From NCBI GenBank assembly GCA_038841535.1, contig JAWBTQ010000004.1, positions 38,271 to 102,270 on the forward strand: a stretch of 64,000 nt of DNA. Direction: 5' to 3'. This DNA is from Sulfolobales archaeon (GTDB taxonomy: Archaea > Thermoproteota > Thermoprotei_A > Sulfolobales > NBVN01). The translations under genes were made by a program, and so were the position numbers. The notes beneath the pieces are model-generated. The model was not told the origin of the DNA. It ran no database searches and saw nothing but the letters and a program-made list of their open reading frames with translations. This document shows, in pieces, positions 55,303-64,000 of the stretch. Positions within the stretch are counted from its first letter, which is position 1; every line of letters starts with the position of its first letter.

Positions 55303-55794
55303 ATGGTGCCAGTACTGATAGGTAGAAGTAGGCTGACGAGGATTTTGTACGACATGAAGATGTTGAGGCGTAGACTAGAGCTACTAGAAGTAAGGTTAGA
55401 GAGAAGTTTAGAAAACATGAAGAGTAAAGCGGCTGAAAACGGTATAATTAGGTCGTATAGTAACGCCATAAGACAAATCAGGTTTGTTGTATACGCCTTA
55501 GAGGTCCTCGAGGTTAAACTAGAGAGCATTCTCGCATTAAACGCTATGACTCAGGACCTAGTAGTAGTCAGGGAGGTTCTCAAAGAGTTAAGTAAAAGGG
55601 TTAGAAGCTTACCGGAAGTGTCAGCTATCTTAGATGACATAGGTGATGGCATAGGTGACGTCATGGCTGAAATACCAGTATACATAGATCAGCAGGCAAT
55701 AACAGTACGTCGAGAAGCCGCTAAGAAGATCCTCGAGGAGGCAGAGAGATTTATTGAGGCAGATAATAGTAAAGCCTCCCAAATCGCTAGCTAG
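55303..55794 (+). CDS. ESCRT-III/Snf7-like protein (CdvB paralogue candidate)
   Basis: 163 aa, all-helical, with a basic N-terminal half and an acidic C-terminal half (ILDDIGDGIGDVMAEIP...EEAERFIEADN). Assignment is by pattern only. Confidence 0.45.
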   Translation: MVPVLIGRSRLTRILYDMKMLRRRLELLEVRLERSLENMKSKAAENGIIRSYSNAIRQIRFVVYALEVLEVKLESILALNAMTQDLVVVREVLKELSKRVRSLPEVSAILDDIGDGIGDVMAEIPVYIDQQAITVRREAAKKILEEAERFIEADNSKASQIAS

Positions 55795-55988
55795 CCCCTT
55801 TCCCACGCAACAAGCATAGTCAGCCTCCAAGCCCCAGAAAGGATTTCTTGAAGAGCGTTATGACCCGATCTATTACGGTATACAGTATTAAGTGGGAATC
55901 TCTCTAGTACGTGATTAATTCTGTATAGGAGTCAAAAGAGCTTTATAAAAGCATTACCCTAGAGGAGAAACACTTATACCTTATTGTT

Positions 55989-56663
55989 CTACGTCGTCTT
56001 GATGACGAATACGTCGTTCTTTTTCTCCAGTATTCCTAACTCTACGAGTGTGTTTAGCGCTAACTTAAAGTACGCATCACCTACAAATATACCGTAGCTT
56101 TCTTCGAACTCTGTCTTGATCTCGTTGTAGGACCACTCCTTCTTTATCTCCTTTTTCTCTAGTAGGATTCTTTTAATGAACTGCGTGGTGTCTTCATGTC
56201 TAGTCCATGGGTATTGGAACCAGATCCACTCCTTCACTTCAATGTAGTAGAAGTCTGGCTTAATTTTAGCTACTGGGGATATCCACTGAAGAGCCGCTAT
56301 CTTCAGATCTCTAGGGTTCCACTCGGAAGCTATAAAGTCTTTTGCGAGTATCAGAGTATCTCCCGTATCAACTATGTCGTCAACTAGAAGAGCTCTTAGA
56401 CCACTCAGGTCCACTTTGTAAGGAAACTTTATTAGAGCTTTTTCAGCTACTTTAGCGGCTTCAGTCCAGTGCTGGCTTTGTAACGATATCAGGTTATCTA
56501 CTAACAGAAAGTCGCAAATCAGGCGAGCGGGAACGTAGCCTCCTCTAGATACGGCAACTACTACATCAGGTTTAAACCCGCTCCTCTTTATGGTTTCTGC
56601 AAGCCCCATGCTCCACTCGACTATCTCGTCCCAGGTAACTAGTTTCGTTGGTACTCTTACCAC
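55989..56663 (-). CDS. Purine phosphoribosyltransferase-family protein with C-terminal extension
   Basis: PRPP loop ALLVDDIVDTGDTL, plus a helical tail of about 70 aa (possibly winged-helix). Confidence 0.8.
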   Translation of the reverse strand: MVRVPTKLVTWDEIVEWSMGLAETIKRSGFKPDVVVAVSRGGYVPARLICDFLLVDNLISLQSQHWTEAAKVAEKALIKFPYKVDLSGLRALLVDDIVDTGDTLILAKDFIASEWNPRDLKIAALQWISPVAKIKPDFYYIEVKEWIWFQYPWTRHEDTTQFIKRILLEKKEIKKEWSYNEIKTEFEESYGIFVGDAYFKLALNTLVELGILEKKNDVFVIKTT

Positions 56664-56868
56664 AGATAACCACCAAAATAGTGAATAGAGTCGTAAACAT
56701 ATTTAAAGATAGCTACTAGTGTGATTAGACGTCTAAATGAGTTATGATACGTGAATCAAGTCGCTAATGCGTGAATAAGGGTTCTTCACAGCATATATCT
56801 TTTTGGTAGGCTACAGAGTTTGGGGATGAATTATCAGCGGAAGCGAAGTAGAGTTACGAGTAGAGAGC

Positions 56869-59016
56869 GTGGGACCTCGCGACGTAGGCAGAAAGATCGC
56901 TAGAGTCCCTAGGAAGTATATGGAAGTTTTGGGAGTCGGCTATGGGGATTTCGTCGAAGTCGAGGGTCCTAGGTCTTCAGTAATACTTCAAGTAAGACCT
57001 GCGTATCCGGAGGATGAAGGATCGAATGTCGTTAGGATAGATGGTTATACTCGAGAGGCTATAGGTGTGTCTATAGGGGATTACGTTACTGTCAGGAGAG
57101 TTAGGGTAGTCAAAGGGCAGAGAGTCATAATAGCCCCAATAGACTTTAGGTTAGAAGCTCCGGAGCAGTTTGCTAGCTTCGTTAAAGAGAGGCTCTTAAA
57201 CAAAGCAGTTAAAAAAGGTGAGATAATATTCGTAAGTCTTCCCTACTATGCTGAACCCTTTAGGTTCGTTGTTAAATCATGCGACCCGGCACAGGTAGTA
57301 TTCATAGACTACGACACGAGGCTGGATGTCAGCCCAGAACCAGTAACGATCGAGGCTCTTGAGAGGTTGAGAGGTGTTCCAAGAGTAACTTGGGAGGATA
57401 TCGGGGATCTAGAGGAAGTAAAGGAGAGAATTCGCGAGATGGTAGAACTCCCATTAAAACACCCGGAGTTCTTCAAGCACCTGGGCATAGAGCCTCCCAA
57501 AGGTGTGCTGCTGTACGGTCCCCCTGGCGTTGGGAAGACTCTCCTCGCTAAAGCCTTAGCTAACGAAATAGGTGCTTACTTTATAGCGATAAACGGCCCC
57601 GAGATTATGAGTAAGTACTATGGAGAGTCCGAGGCGAGACTCAGGGAGATATTTGATGAGGCTCAAAAGAACGCACCTGCGATAATATTTATAGACGAGA
57701 TCGATGCGATAGCACCTAAGCGAGAGGAGGTTGTTGGTGAAGTAGAGAAAAGGGTAGTATCTCAATTACTTACACTAATGGACGGACTTAAGGAGAGAGG
57801 TAAGGTTATCGTCATTGGAGCTACAAATAGAGTTGATGCTGTTGATCCCGCACTAAGAAGACCTGGCAGATTTGATAGAGAGATCGAAATTCCCCCACCC
57901 GATAAACATGCTCGAAGGTCAATTCTTGAAGTACACACAAGAAACATACCTCTACTAGATGACGTCAACTTAGATGGACTAGCTAATATCACGCACGGCT
58001 TTACTGGAGCAGACTTAGCGGCTCTAGTTAAGGAGGCAGCTATGAATGCTCTCAGAAGGTTTCTTAAAAACGAGAGAGTGGACTTAAGTAAGCCAGTACC
58101 TCCAGAGCTACTAGAGAAGTTGAAGGTAACTCAGCAAGATTTCTTAGAGGCACTAAAGGTAGTGCATCCAACGCTTATGCGTGAGGTACTAGTTGAGGTA
58201 CCAGAAGTCCACTGGGATGATATTGGAGGTCTAGACTCGGTGAAACAGGCTTTAAAGGAAGCTGTAGAGTGGCCTTTAAAGCACCCAGAAGTATTCGAGA
58301 AGATGGGTATAAGACCTCCGAGGGGGATTCTTCTTTATGGACCTCCAGGCTGTGGTAAGACCCTACTAGCTAAAGCTGTAGCTACGGAAGCCAACGCGAA
58401 CTTTATTGCCATAAAGGGTCCAGAGATCCTCAGCAAGTGGGTGGGAGAGTCTGAGAAAGCTATAAGAGAGATCTTTAGGAGGGCTAGGCAGGTTGCACCG
58501 ACAGTAGTATTCTTTGATGAGATCGATGCCATAGTCCCGGTCAGGGGGATGAGGCACGATACTGAGGTAACGGATAGAATAGTTAACCAACTTCTAGCTG
58601 AGCTAGATGGTATTCAAAACTTAAAGAATGTCGTAGTACTAGGTGCAACAAATAGAGTAGATCTCATAGATCCAGCCCTACTTAGGCCTGGAAGATTCGA
58701 TAGGGTGATCTATGTGCCACCACCCGATAAAAGAGCTAGGTACGAAATACTTAAGATCCATACGAGAAACGTGCCGCTGGGTATGGACATAGATCTCGAA
58801 AGGATCGCTGAGTTGACTGAGGGATATAGTGGAGCTGACCTCGAGGCGCTTGTAAGAGAGGCCGTCATGATGGCGCTTAGGGAGAGTTTCTCAGTGAGAC
58901 CAGTCGAGAACAAGTACTTCCTAGAGGCTATGAAGATCGTAAAGCCGTCTCTAACTAATGAGATAATTAACAAGTACGAGAGGCTCTACAGTGACTTAAA
59001 GAAGTTCATAATATAA
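56869..59016 (+). CDS. cdc48: CDC48/VCP-type AAA+ ATPase (N-domain + D1 + D2)
   Basis: Two Walker A sites ([16 protein letters not shown]), two Walker B sites ([16 protein letters not shown]), and a double-psi N-domain. The homologous N-terminus extends upstream of the GTG at 56869 (see finding). Confidence 0.95.
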   Translation: MGPRDVGRKIARVPRKYMEVLGVGYGDFVEVEGPRSSVILQVRPAYPEDEGSNVVRIDGYTREAIGVSIGDYVTVRRVRVVKGQRVIIAPIDFRLEAPEQFASFVKERLLNKAVKKGEIIFVSLPYYAEPFRFVVKSCDPAQVVFIDYDTRLDVSPEPVTIEALERLRGVPRVTWEDIGDLEEVKERIREMVELPLKHPEFFKHLGIEPPKGVLLYGPPGVGKTLLAKALANEIGAYFIAINGPEIMSKYYGESEARLREIFDEAQKNAPAIIFIDEIDAIAPKREEVVGEVEKRVVSQLLTLMDGLKERGKVIVIGATNRVDAVDPALRRPGRFDREIEIPPPDKHARRSILEVHTRNIPLLDDVNLDGLANITHGFTGADLAALVKEAAMNALRRFLKNERVDLSKPVPPELLEKLKVTQQDFLEALKVVHPTLMREVLVEVPEVHWDDIGGLDSVKQALKEAVEWPLKHPEVFEKMGIRPPRGILLYGPPGCGKTLLAKAVATEANANFIAIKGPEILSKWVGESEKAIREIFRRARQVAPTVVFFDEIDAIVPVRGMRHDTEVTDRIVNQLLAELDGIQNLKNVVVLGATNRVDLIDPALLRPGRFDRVIYVPPPDKRARYEILKIHTRNVPLGMDIDLERIAELTEGYSGADLEALVREAVMMALRESFSVRPVENKYFLEAMKIVKPSLTNEIINKYERLYSDLKKFII

Positions 59017-59022
59017 GAGTCC

Positions 59023-59466
59023 ATGGACCTGGTGCTGTCGTTGGACGTTATAACCCTTTATAGAAACCTGGAGAGCAACATCCTCAGGAGAGATACTATA
59101 GGCAAGAAGTTAAAGAGGAGTTGCAGTAAGCCGCTGAAAAATGAAGAGCTATTGAAGGTCTTAGAACAAGTCAAACTCCTCAGGTCGTCGAGAAAAGCTC
59201 TCACGAAAATCTTGAGTAAGCTCAGAGAGCATGAAAACTTTGAAGGCTTCGAAGAGCCTTTGACCACGATCATAGAGTACATGTACGCTGTTGGAGTTCA
59301 CGTAGAGAGAGAAGTATTGCTCAGTGTTGCTGAAATGCTCAAAAGACATCAAAGCACTAAGGACTACGCTGAGGAAATCTTGAATGTAGATATGGCAGAG
59401 ATAGATAAGCTTTCAGAGGACTTAAAGGCTACTTACGCAACAATTAGATCGAGGCTAAGGACTTGA
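59023..59466 (+). CDS. Hypothetical helical protein co-transcribed with cdc48
   Basis: 147-aa ORF 7 nt after the cdc48 stop, with a basic N-half and an acidic C-half. Its stop overlaps the next start. Confidence 0.5.
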   Translation: MDLVLSLDVITLYRNLESNILRRDTIGKKLKRSCSKPLKNEELLKVLEQVKLLRSSRKALTKILSKLREHENFEGFEEPLTTIIEYMYAVGVHVEREVLLSVAEMLKRHQSTKDYAEEILNVDMAEIDKLSEDLKATYATIRSRLRT

Positions 59467-59846
59467 GTGCCTGTCCATGGTATAAGGAAGGTCGCTGTAC
59501 GTCCCCGCTATTAGATGAGTCCTCGGCAGACGTGGTTAACAAAGTTCAGTGCCTTGGCGGTCACGAGGTTTATACTCAGTGTAGGTACTATCGCGAGACT
59601 CAGGGTGTCTCGGAAGGAAGTTACGACATATTTGGTAAACCGTTCCTCATGGTACACGGAATTGATAAACCACCAGAGGTATTGTGCGAGTTCACTAAGG
59701 TTTTTAAGCATGAGCAGGGGAAGTATCTTGTTGGGTGCCTCGTTCTTAAAAGATTCCTAGGGATACATGAATTAAGTCAGTGCAGTACCCACTGGAAGAA
59801 CTGTCCTTACAGGAGAATAGGTCTCAAACTAGGTGTAAGGCTTTAG
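59463..59846 (+). CDS. Hypothetical Cys-rich protein
   Basis: 127 aa with paired motifs CPWYKEGRC (Cx7C) and CSTHWKNCPY (Cx6C), plus CLGGHEVYTQC. Confidence 0.5.
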   Translation: MSACPWYKEGRCTSPLLDESSADVVNKVQCLGGHEVYTQCRYYRETQGVSEGSYDIFGKPFLMVHGIDKPPEVLCEFTKVFKHEQGKYLVGCLVLKRFLGIHELSQCSTHWKNCPYRRIGLKLGVRL

Positions 59847-59874
59847 TGCTTGAGCGTCAAAGCGACGGATCAGG

Positions 59875-60816
59875 CTAGTTCGTATATCCGAGGAAGTTGT
59901 CCCAGCCTCCTTTAAGCTCGTGACTCTCGAGGTAGATCCTACCTACACCCTTAACCGTTCGTCCCACTCTAGTTGCAGGCAAGTCAAGATCTCCAGCTAC
60001 CGATATAACGGTATACTCTTCACCCATAAGGCTCAGTAAGCGGTTTAACTCCACTCTCTCCTCTCTTGAAAACTCTATAACTTCAGAACATATGGCTTCG
60101 TACGATAAAACGAGGTCGGAACCACTCTTTTCGAGTACTCTGCGTACTGAACTAAGTCCATCGCTTATATCTGTCGACGCTTCCACGAGATCTGAGTACG
60201 TGAGGAACTTTAGTGGGGGCTCTGGTTTGGCAACAGCTTTGAGTACGTCCTTCCATGGGCTGAAGTCTTTTTTAAGGTAGTAGAGTGCTGCCGGTATAGA
60301 CGATAAACCTAGGCACTTTACTGAGTAAACCGTAAGATCCGCTCTAAATGGTGTACTTGGCTTAGGTCTGTGGCTAACCCCGATGGATGCGACATCTACT
60401 ACTACATCACTATGACTGAGCCTATTTATGTCGCCGCCAACGTATAATGACCCTGTCGATTCAGCAAGCTCCCTCATACCTGCCACTATGTTTAAGACTA
60501 TTTCTAATTGCGAGCTACCGCTTATAGTTATGGAGGATGCGAGCAGTAATGGTTTAGAGTTTTTAGCTACTAAGTCTGTAATTGCTGAAAGAGCCACTCT
60601 ATAGCCAAATTCACTAAATGTTAGCCATGGATACATGGATGAGCCAGCGGTTGTTCCATCGATCTTTAGAAACACCCATAACCCATCCACAAGGACTGCT
60701 TGCGCATCATCACCGACCCCAAAGACTTCGGGCTTCTTTTCCTTAAGGTGGTCTCTCACTAATTTCGAGATGTATTCTACGACCTTAAGCTCTCCAAGTT
60801 CCTCTAGCTTCTCCAT
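59875..60816 (-). CDS. thiL: Thiamine-monophosphate kinase (AIR synthase-related PurM-like fold)
   Basis: GVGDDAQAV...KIDGT...SAITDLVA...YVGGDIN pattern; overlaps the cysS stop by 13 nt. Confidence 0.65.
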   Translation of the reverse strand: MEKLEELGELKVVEYISKLVRDHLKEKKPEVFGVGDDAQAVLVDGLWVFLKIDGTTAGSSMYPWLTFSEFGYRVALSAITDLVAKNSKPLLLASSITISGSSQLEIVLNIVAGMRELAESTGSLYVGGDINRLSHSDVVVDVASIGVSHRPKPSTPFRADLTVYSVKCLGLSSIPAALYYLKKDFSPWKDVLKAVAKPEPPLKFLTYSDLVEASTDISDGLSSVRRVLEKSGSDLVLSYEAICSEVIEFSREERVELNRLLSLMGEEYTVISVAGDLDLPATRVGRTVKGVGRIYLESHELKGGWDNFLGYTN

Positions 60817-62285
60817 CTTTCGGGAGACCTCAAGCGCTTTTCAATAAACCACAGCGTTCCATCCTTAGTGTCAGCTAATCTTATACCCAGCTTCCCAAGC
60901 TCTGACCTAATCCAGTCGGACTCCTCAAACATTCTCTTTGCTCTCAGTCTCGATCTAACTTCAACTACTAGCTTGATTAACTCCTCTAACTCGTCCGACG
61001 CTTGAATTATCCCCTCTCTAGGAGGTAGGACACCCATGATCCTGTCCATATTTTCCAAGGTCGACAAGGCCTTAAAGGCTAGGGAGTTGTTGTCTGAAGT
61101 CATTACCTCTGCGTTAGCAATACTGAGGAGTTTGTGAAGAGCAGCAAGTGCTCTAGGCGAGTTTAGGTCATTATCTAGCGACTCTACGAACTCCCTCCAC
61201 GTTCGTGATATGGAGATCCACGTCTTGAGCTCTTTCTCATCTAGCTTGTGTTCTATAGGTCTTTCCTTCACCATCTTCACGAGCACGTGATGCGTGTTTA
61301 AGACCTTCTTGAAGACGGTGCGGGCCTGCTCCAGTGCTTCCTCCTTGTAGTCTAGCGGCTTTCTGTAGTGTGCTGAAAAAATCCAAAGTCTTAATACTTC
61401 AGGACCCCAGGCTTTCACCGCATCAGTAAGCCTAATGATATTGCCGAGACTCTTACTCATTTTTTCACCTACAATAGTTAAAGGTCCTACGTGGACCCAG
61501 TACCTAACCCAGGGGGACTTACCAAAGTACGACTCACTCTGTGCTCTCTCGTTCTCGTGATGTGGAAATATTAGGTCTTGCCCTCCACCATGTATATCTA
61601 GCGTATCTCCCAAGTACTTTGAGCTCATAACGCTGCACTCTATATGCCAGCCCGGCCTTCCCGGACCCCAAGGTGAGTACCAGAAGGGTTCTCCAGGTTT
61701 CGCCGCCTTCCAAAGAGCGAAATCAAACGGATTTTTCTTCTCAGACAAGAACTCATCCTCCTGCCTCCACTCTTCCGTATTCACTCTTCCGCTCAATCTT
61801 CCATAATCTCTATAAGAAGTTATATCGAAGTATACTGACCCACTGGGAGCTACATACGCGTGACCTCTATCTATCAGCACTTTGATGAACTCGATTATAT
61901 CCTCTATGTGCTCGGTAACTTTCGGGTGGATATCTACCTCGATTCTCAATTCCCTTAATAGACTAAGGTACTCATCTATGTATATCTTGGCAACCTCGTG
62001 CCACTCTACTCCAAGCTCCTTAGCTCTCTTAATGATCTTATCATCTATGTCGGTAATGTTCTGCACGTAAAAGACGTTGTATCCATTCAGCATCAAGTAC
62101 CTTCTCATAAAGTCAAACGAGACGAAAGCTCTGGCATGTCCTAGGTGTAAGTGGTCATAGGGGGTAGGTCCACAGAAATAGGCTTTAACCACACCCACTT
62201 CACTCGGCTTGAACTCCTCCAGTTCCTTTGTGAGAGTATTGTAAATCCTTAGCACAAATTTCGACCACCAAACACTTTTAGGCAA
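60804..62285 (-). CDS. cysS: Cysteinyl-tRNA synthetase
   Basis: HLGHAR (HIGH) and KMSKSLGN (KMSKS), plus zinc/Cys-binding residues. The probable true start is GTG at 62255 (MLRIYNTLTK). Confidence 0.95.
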   Translation of the reverse strand: MPKSVWWSKFVLRIYNTLTKELEEFKPSEVGVVKAYFCGPTPYDHLHLGHARAFVSFDFMRRYLMLNGYNVFYVQNITDIDDKIIKRAKELGVEWHEVAKIYIDEYLSLLRELRIEVDIHPKVTEHIEDIIEFIKVLIDRGHAYVAPSGSVYFDITSYRDYGRLSGRVNTEEWRQEDEFLSEKKNPFDFALWKAAKPGEPFWYSPWGPGRPGWHIECSVMSSKYLGDTLDIHGGGQDLIFPHHENERAQSESYFGKSPWVRYWVHVGPLTIVGEKMSKSLGNIIRLTDAVKAWGPEVLRLWIFSAHYRKPLDYKEEALEQARTVFKKVLNTHHVLVKMVKERPIEHKLDEKELKTWISISRTWREFVESLDNDLNSPRALAALHKLLSIANAEVMTSDNNSLAFKALSTLENMDRIMGVLPPREGIIQASDELEELIKLVVEVRSRLRAKRMFEESDWIRSELGKLGIRLADTKDGTLWFIEKRLRSPERWRS

Positions 62286-62310
62286 GTAGAGTAAAAAGCT
62301 TCACACTAAA

Positions 62311-62394
62311 TCCCGCCGGGGGGATTCGAACCCCCGACCACCCGGTATCGGCCCCACACTACAGCCGGGCGCTCTGCCGCTGAGCTACGGCGGG
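62311..62394 (-). tRNA. tRNA-Tyr (anticodon GUA) with a 12-nt intron at 37/38; no encoded CCA
   Basis: The reverse complement is CCCGCCG-TA-GCTCAGCGGCAGAGC-G-CCCGG-CTGTAG[TGTGGGGCCGAT]A-CCGGG-TGGTC-GGGGGTTCGAATCCCCC-CGGCGGG-A. The C1:G72 pair is typical of archaeal tRNA-Tyr. Confidence 0.9.
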
Positions 62395-62420
62395 TCCAAA
62401 TCAAAATTCCTGTTTCAACT

Positions 62421-62428
62421 TATAAAGA
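62421..62428 (-). promoter_or_regulatory. Putative TATA box for tRNA-Tyr
   Basis: The minus strand reads CTTTATAAG about 27-34 nt upstream of the tRNA 5' end. Confidence 0.4.
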
Positions 62429-62704
62429 TTTGCACGTGATAACTCGTTCACGAGCTCTAGTCTCTAGTAACTATACCTATAGTCACACTCAGAGACAATG
62501 TTATGTTAAGCTACTGTTTTCTCTGCTGAGTGATTATTGCTACCGACTGTAGTAGCTCTCTAAAGATATAGCGAAAAGCTTTTTAACCAACTCATTAATA
62601 GTCAATATACTTTCGCACGCAAATTTAAAATGATTGATGCTAGAACTTATAAGCTATAATGAACTTAAAAATCTTCAGAGTGCATAATATATGGGGTGGT
62701 GTAA

Positions 62705-63124
62705 GTGGTAAAAAATTCCTCAGTTGTTTATGAGGACAGCGATATCATCGTTGTACGGGCACCAAGTGATGAGGAGCTTGAAAGGATAGTTAAGGACATT
62801 ATGTATAGGCGTGGAAGACCTGTATCGTGGAGAGAGTTGCGGAGAGAGTTAAGCGGTGTTGTTGGTGAAGACAGGTTAAGGAAAGTCTTAATACGATTAA
62901 TAGAGCGAGACGAGATTGTGGAGATGATAGACGGCACTTTCGGTCTTAAGGGCATGGAGGAGACGTACATACCTGTTAAGACTAAGAAGAGGGTTAGACC
63001 TCTAGTCCCCTCGAAGTTTAGGAGAAGGTGGGGTCACTTAGTGGAAGCTACTGGAAGTATCTCGGCAGCTATCCAGTACCTAATAGACATGAAGCTTAAA
63101 GAGAGAAAGGCTAAACCGAGATAG
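62705..63124 (+). CDS. Hypothetical protein, possible winged-helix DNA-binding domain
   Basis: 139 aa. VSWRELRRELSGVVGEDRLRKVLIRLIERDEIVE resembles a wHTH recognition region, and the C-tail is basic. Confidence 0.45.
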   Translation: MVKNSSVVYEDSDIIVVRAPSDEELERIVKDIMYRRGRPVSWRELRRELSGVVGEDRLRKVLIRLIERDEIVEMIDGTFGLKGMEETYIPVKTKKRVRPLVPSKFRRRWGHLVEATGSISAAIQYLIDMKLKERKAKPR

Positions 63125-63127
63125 GCC

Positions 63128-63277
63128 ATGTGCGAGAAAGCTACTATAAAGATCAAGGAAAAAGTCGCTCTTATTACAACAGAGAAAAACTCTCAAGCCA
63201 TAGTTCCGCTGGATAAGCTGTGTAAGTTCATAGAGAGACTGCAAATATGTCTAGATGACCCGAGGATCAAGTGCTGA
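63128..63277 (+). CDS. Possible 49-aa small Cys-containing protein
   Basis: An ATG lies 3 nt after the upstream stop. Sequence MCEKATIKIKEKVALITTEKNSQAIVPLDKLCKFIERLQICLDDPRIKC, with four Cys. It is below the ORF-track cutoff, so support is weak. Confidence 0.25.
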   Translation: MCEKATIKIKEKVALITTEKNSQAIVPLDKLCKFIERLQICLDDPRIKC

Positions 63278-63302
63278 TACTATTTTGATAGGGAGCTATA
63301 CG

Positions 63303-64000
63303 CTACATCTTAAAGTATTCGTAGAGAGCTCTTAGAAATCTTAAGTTATTTTCCCTAGATGAAATACTTACCCTAATGTAATTTCTTATTAGTTCGTCGT
63401 CATATGATCTCACCTTAATGCCTTTCTCGACTAAGTACTTAGCCAAAGACCTTCCAGTAGTAGGTAGCTTGACAAATAGGAAGTTGGTTCTCGAATCTAG
63501 AGCATTAAGACCGAGTTCTACTAAACTCTCTCTTAACTCTTCCCGCAGCTCAATAACTCTGCTAACTATTTCCTCCATATACTTTATGTCTTCGAGAGCC
63601 CCTAAAGCTGCGGCAAGAGAGGTAATAGCGACTGAGAACAGAGCAGTGCGCCTTTTAAGTTCTCTCAGTAATTCTGGGTTAGCTATCGCGTAGCCCACTC
63701 TAGCACCTGCTAGTGAAAATGCTTTGGAGAAAGTTCTAACTACTACGAGATTGTCGTAGTTCGTAACTTTATCTGCGACAGTAAACTTCGAGAACTCAAA
63801 GTAGGCCTCATCTACTACTACAAGTCCGAATCTATTGACAAGAAAATCCAAGGTCTCTTCTTCTTGAAATAGCATGTTTGACGTCGGGTTATTGGGGTTA
63901 GCTAAGTAAAGAGCTTTATTTGAGCTACCTTCTCTAGCGATCTTAACTAAATCTAGCTCAAACGATCCAGGGATTAAGTTAATTAGGTCGACATCAACAT
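63303..64000 (-). CDS. hisC: Histidinol-phosphate aminotransferase-like class I/II aminotransferase; N-terminus outside the window
   Basis: The frame stays open upstream of the tracked Met to the window edge (..LANPNNPTSNMLF..). Motifs: DEAYFEF, and PLP-Lys context RTFSKAFSLAGARVGY. Confidence 0.8.
   Translation of the reverse strand, partial: VDVDLINLIPGSFELDLVKIAREGSSNKALYLANPNNPTSNMLFQEEETLDFLVNRFGLVVVDEAYFEFSKFTVADKVTNYDNLVVVRTFSKAFSLAGARVGYAIANPELLRELKRRTALFSVAITSLAAALGALEDIKYMEEIVSRVIELREELRESLVELGLNALDSRTNFLFVKLPTTGRSLAKYLVEKGIKVRSYDDELIRNYIRVSISSRENNLRFLRALYEYFKM

Noticed and set aside
1-64000. Search for CRISPR arrays, cas genes, transposases, integrases, toxin-antitoxin pairs and rRNA genes.
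   Set aside because: I saw no regularly spaced direct repeats and no recognisable cas, IS, integrase or TA protein motifs in any tracked ORF. The only repeats are the dispersed ~118-nt family and short palindromes.

Overview
No searches were run; every call below comes from reading motifs in the ORF track and the DNA.

**What the window is.** It looks like a gene-dense chromosomal segment of a hyperthermophilic crenarchaeote (TACK archaeon). The evidence:
- two intron-containing tRNAs, with C1:G72 in tRNA-Tyr
- an archaeal ThrRS with an N-terminal editing domain
- Pcc1, the RNase P protein Rpp21, CDC48 and an ESCRT-III-like protein
- TATA boxes about 27-32 nt upstream of gene or tRNA starts

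I support about 60 CDS. They cover housekeeping genes (thrS, cysS, upp, thiL, hisC, moaB, split metE, gyaR), a CstA transporter and an ABC-2 exporter. They also include a molybdenum-hydroxylase (xanthine-dehydrogenase family) cluster with XdhC and a cyclic amidohydrolase, and two tandem soluble [NiFe] hydrogenase operons preceded by an AbrB-PhoU regulator.

**Most unusual locus: the second hydrogenase operon (28835-34400).**
- Its diaphorase pair looks like HydB/HydC of electron-bifurcating [FeFe] hydrogenases.
- The HydA-type Fe-S scaffold is cut in two. Each half is fused to one half of a [NiFe] small subunit, on either side of the large-subunit gene.
- One fusion keeps a degenerate [FeFe] H-cluster domain with the CPGGCLMGGGQP signature.

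**Other signals.**
- A dispersed intergenic element of about 118 nt occurs in at least three full copies plus fragments. Its termini are complementary, and one copy shows a compensatory change in both arms.
- Two regions of about 1 kb have no ORFs (4243-5255 and 35386-36417).
- There is a truncated glutamate/aspartate-symporter gene fragment and a candidate C/D box sRNA.
- An ArsA/Get3-like three-gene operon and a CDC48 operon with two uncharacterised small proteins stand out.
- CDC48 itself has an apparent 1-nt frame problem at its start.

I did not see any CRISPR array, transposase or integrase.
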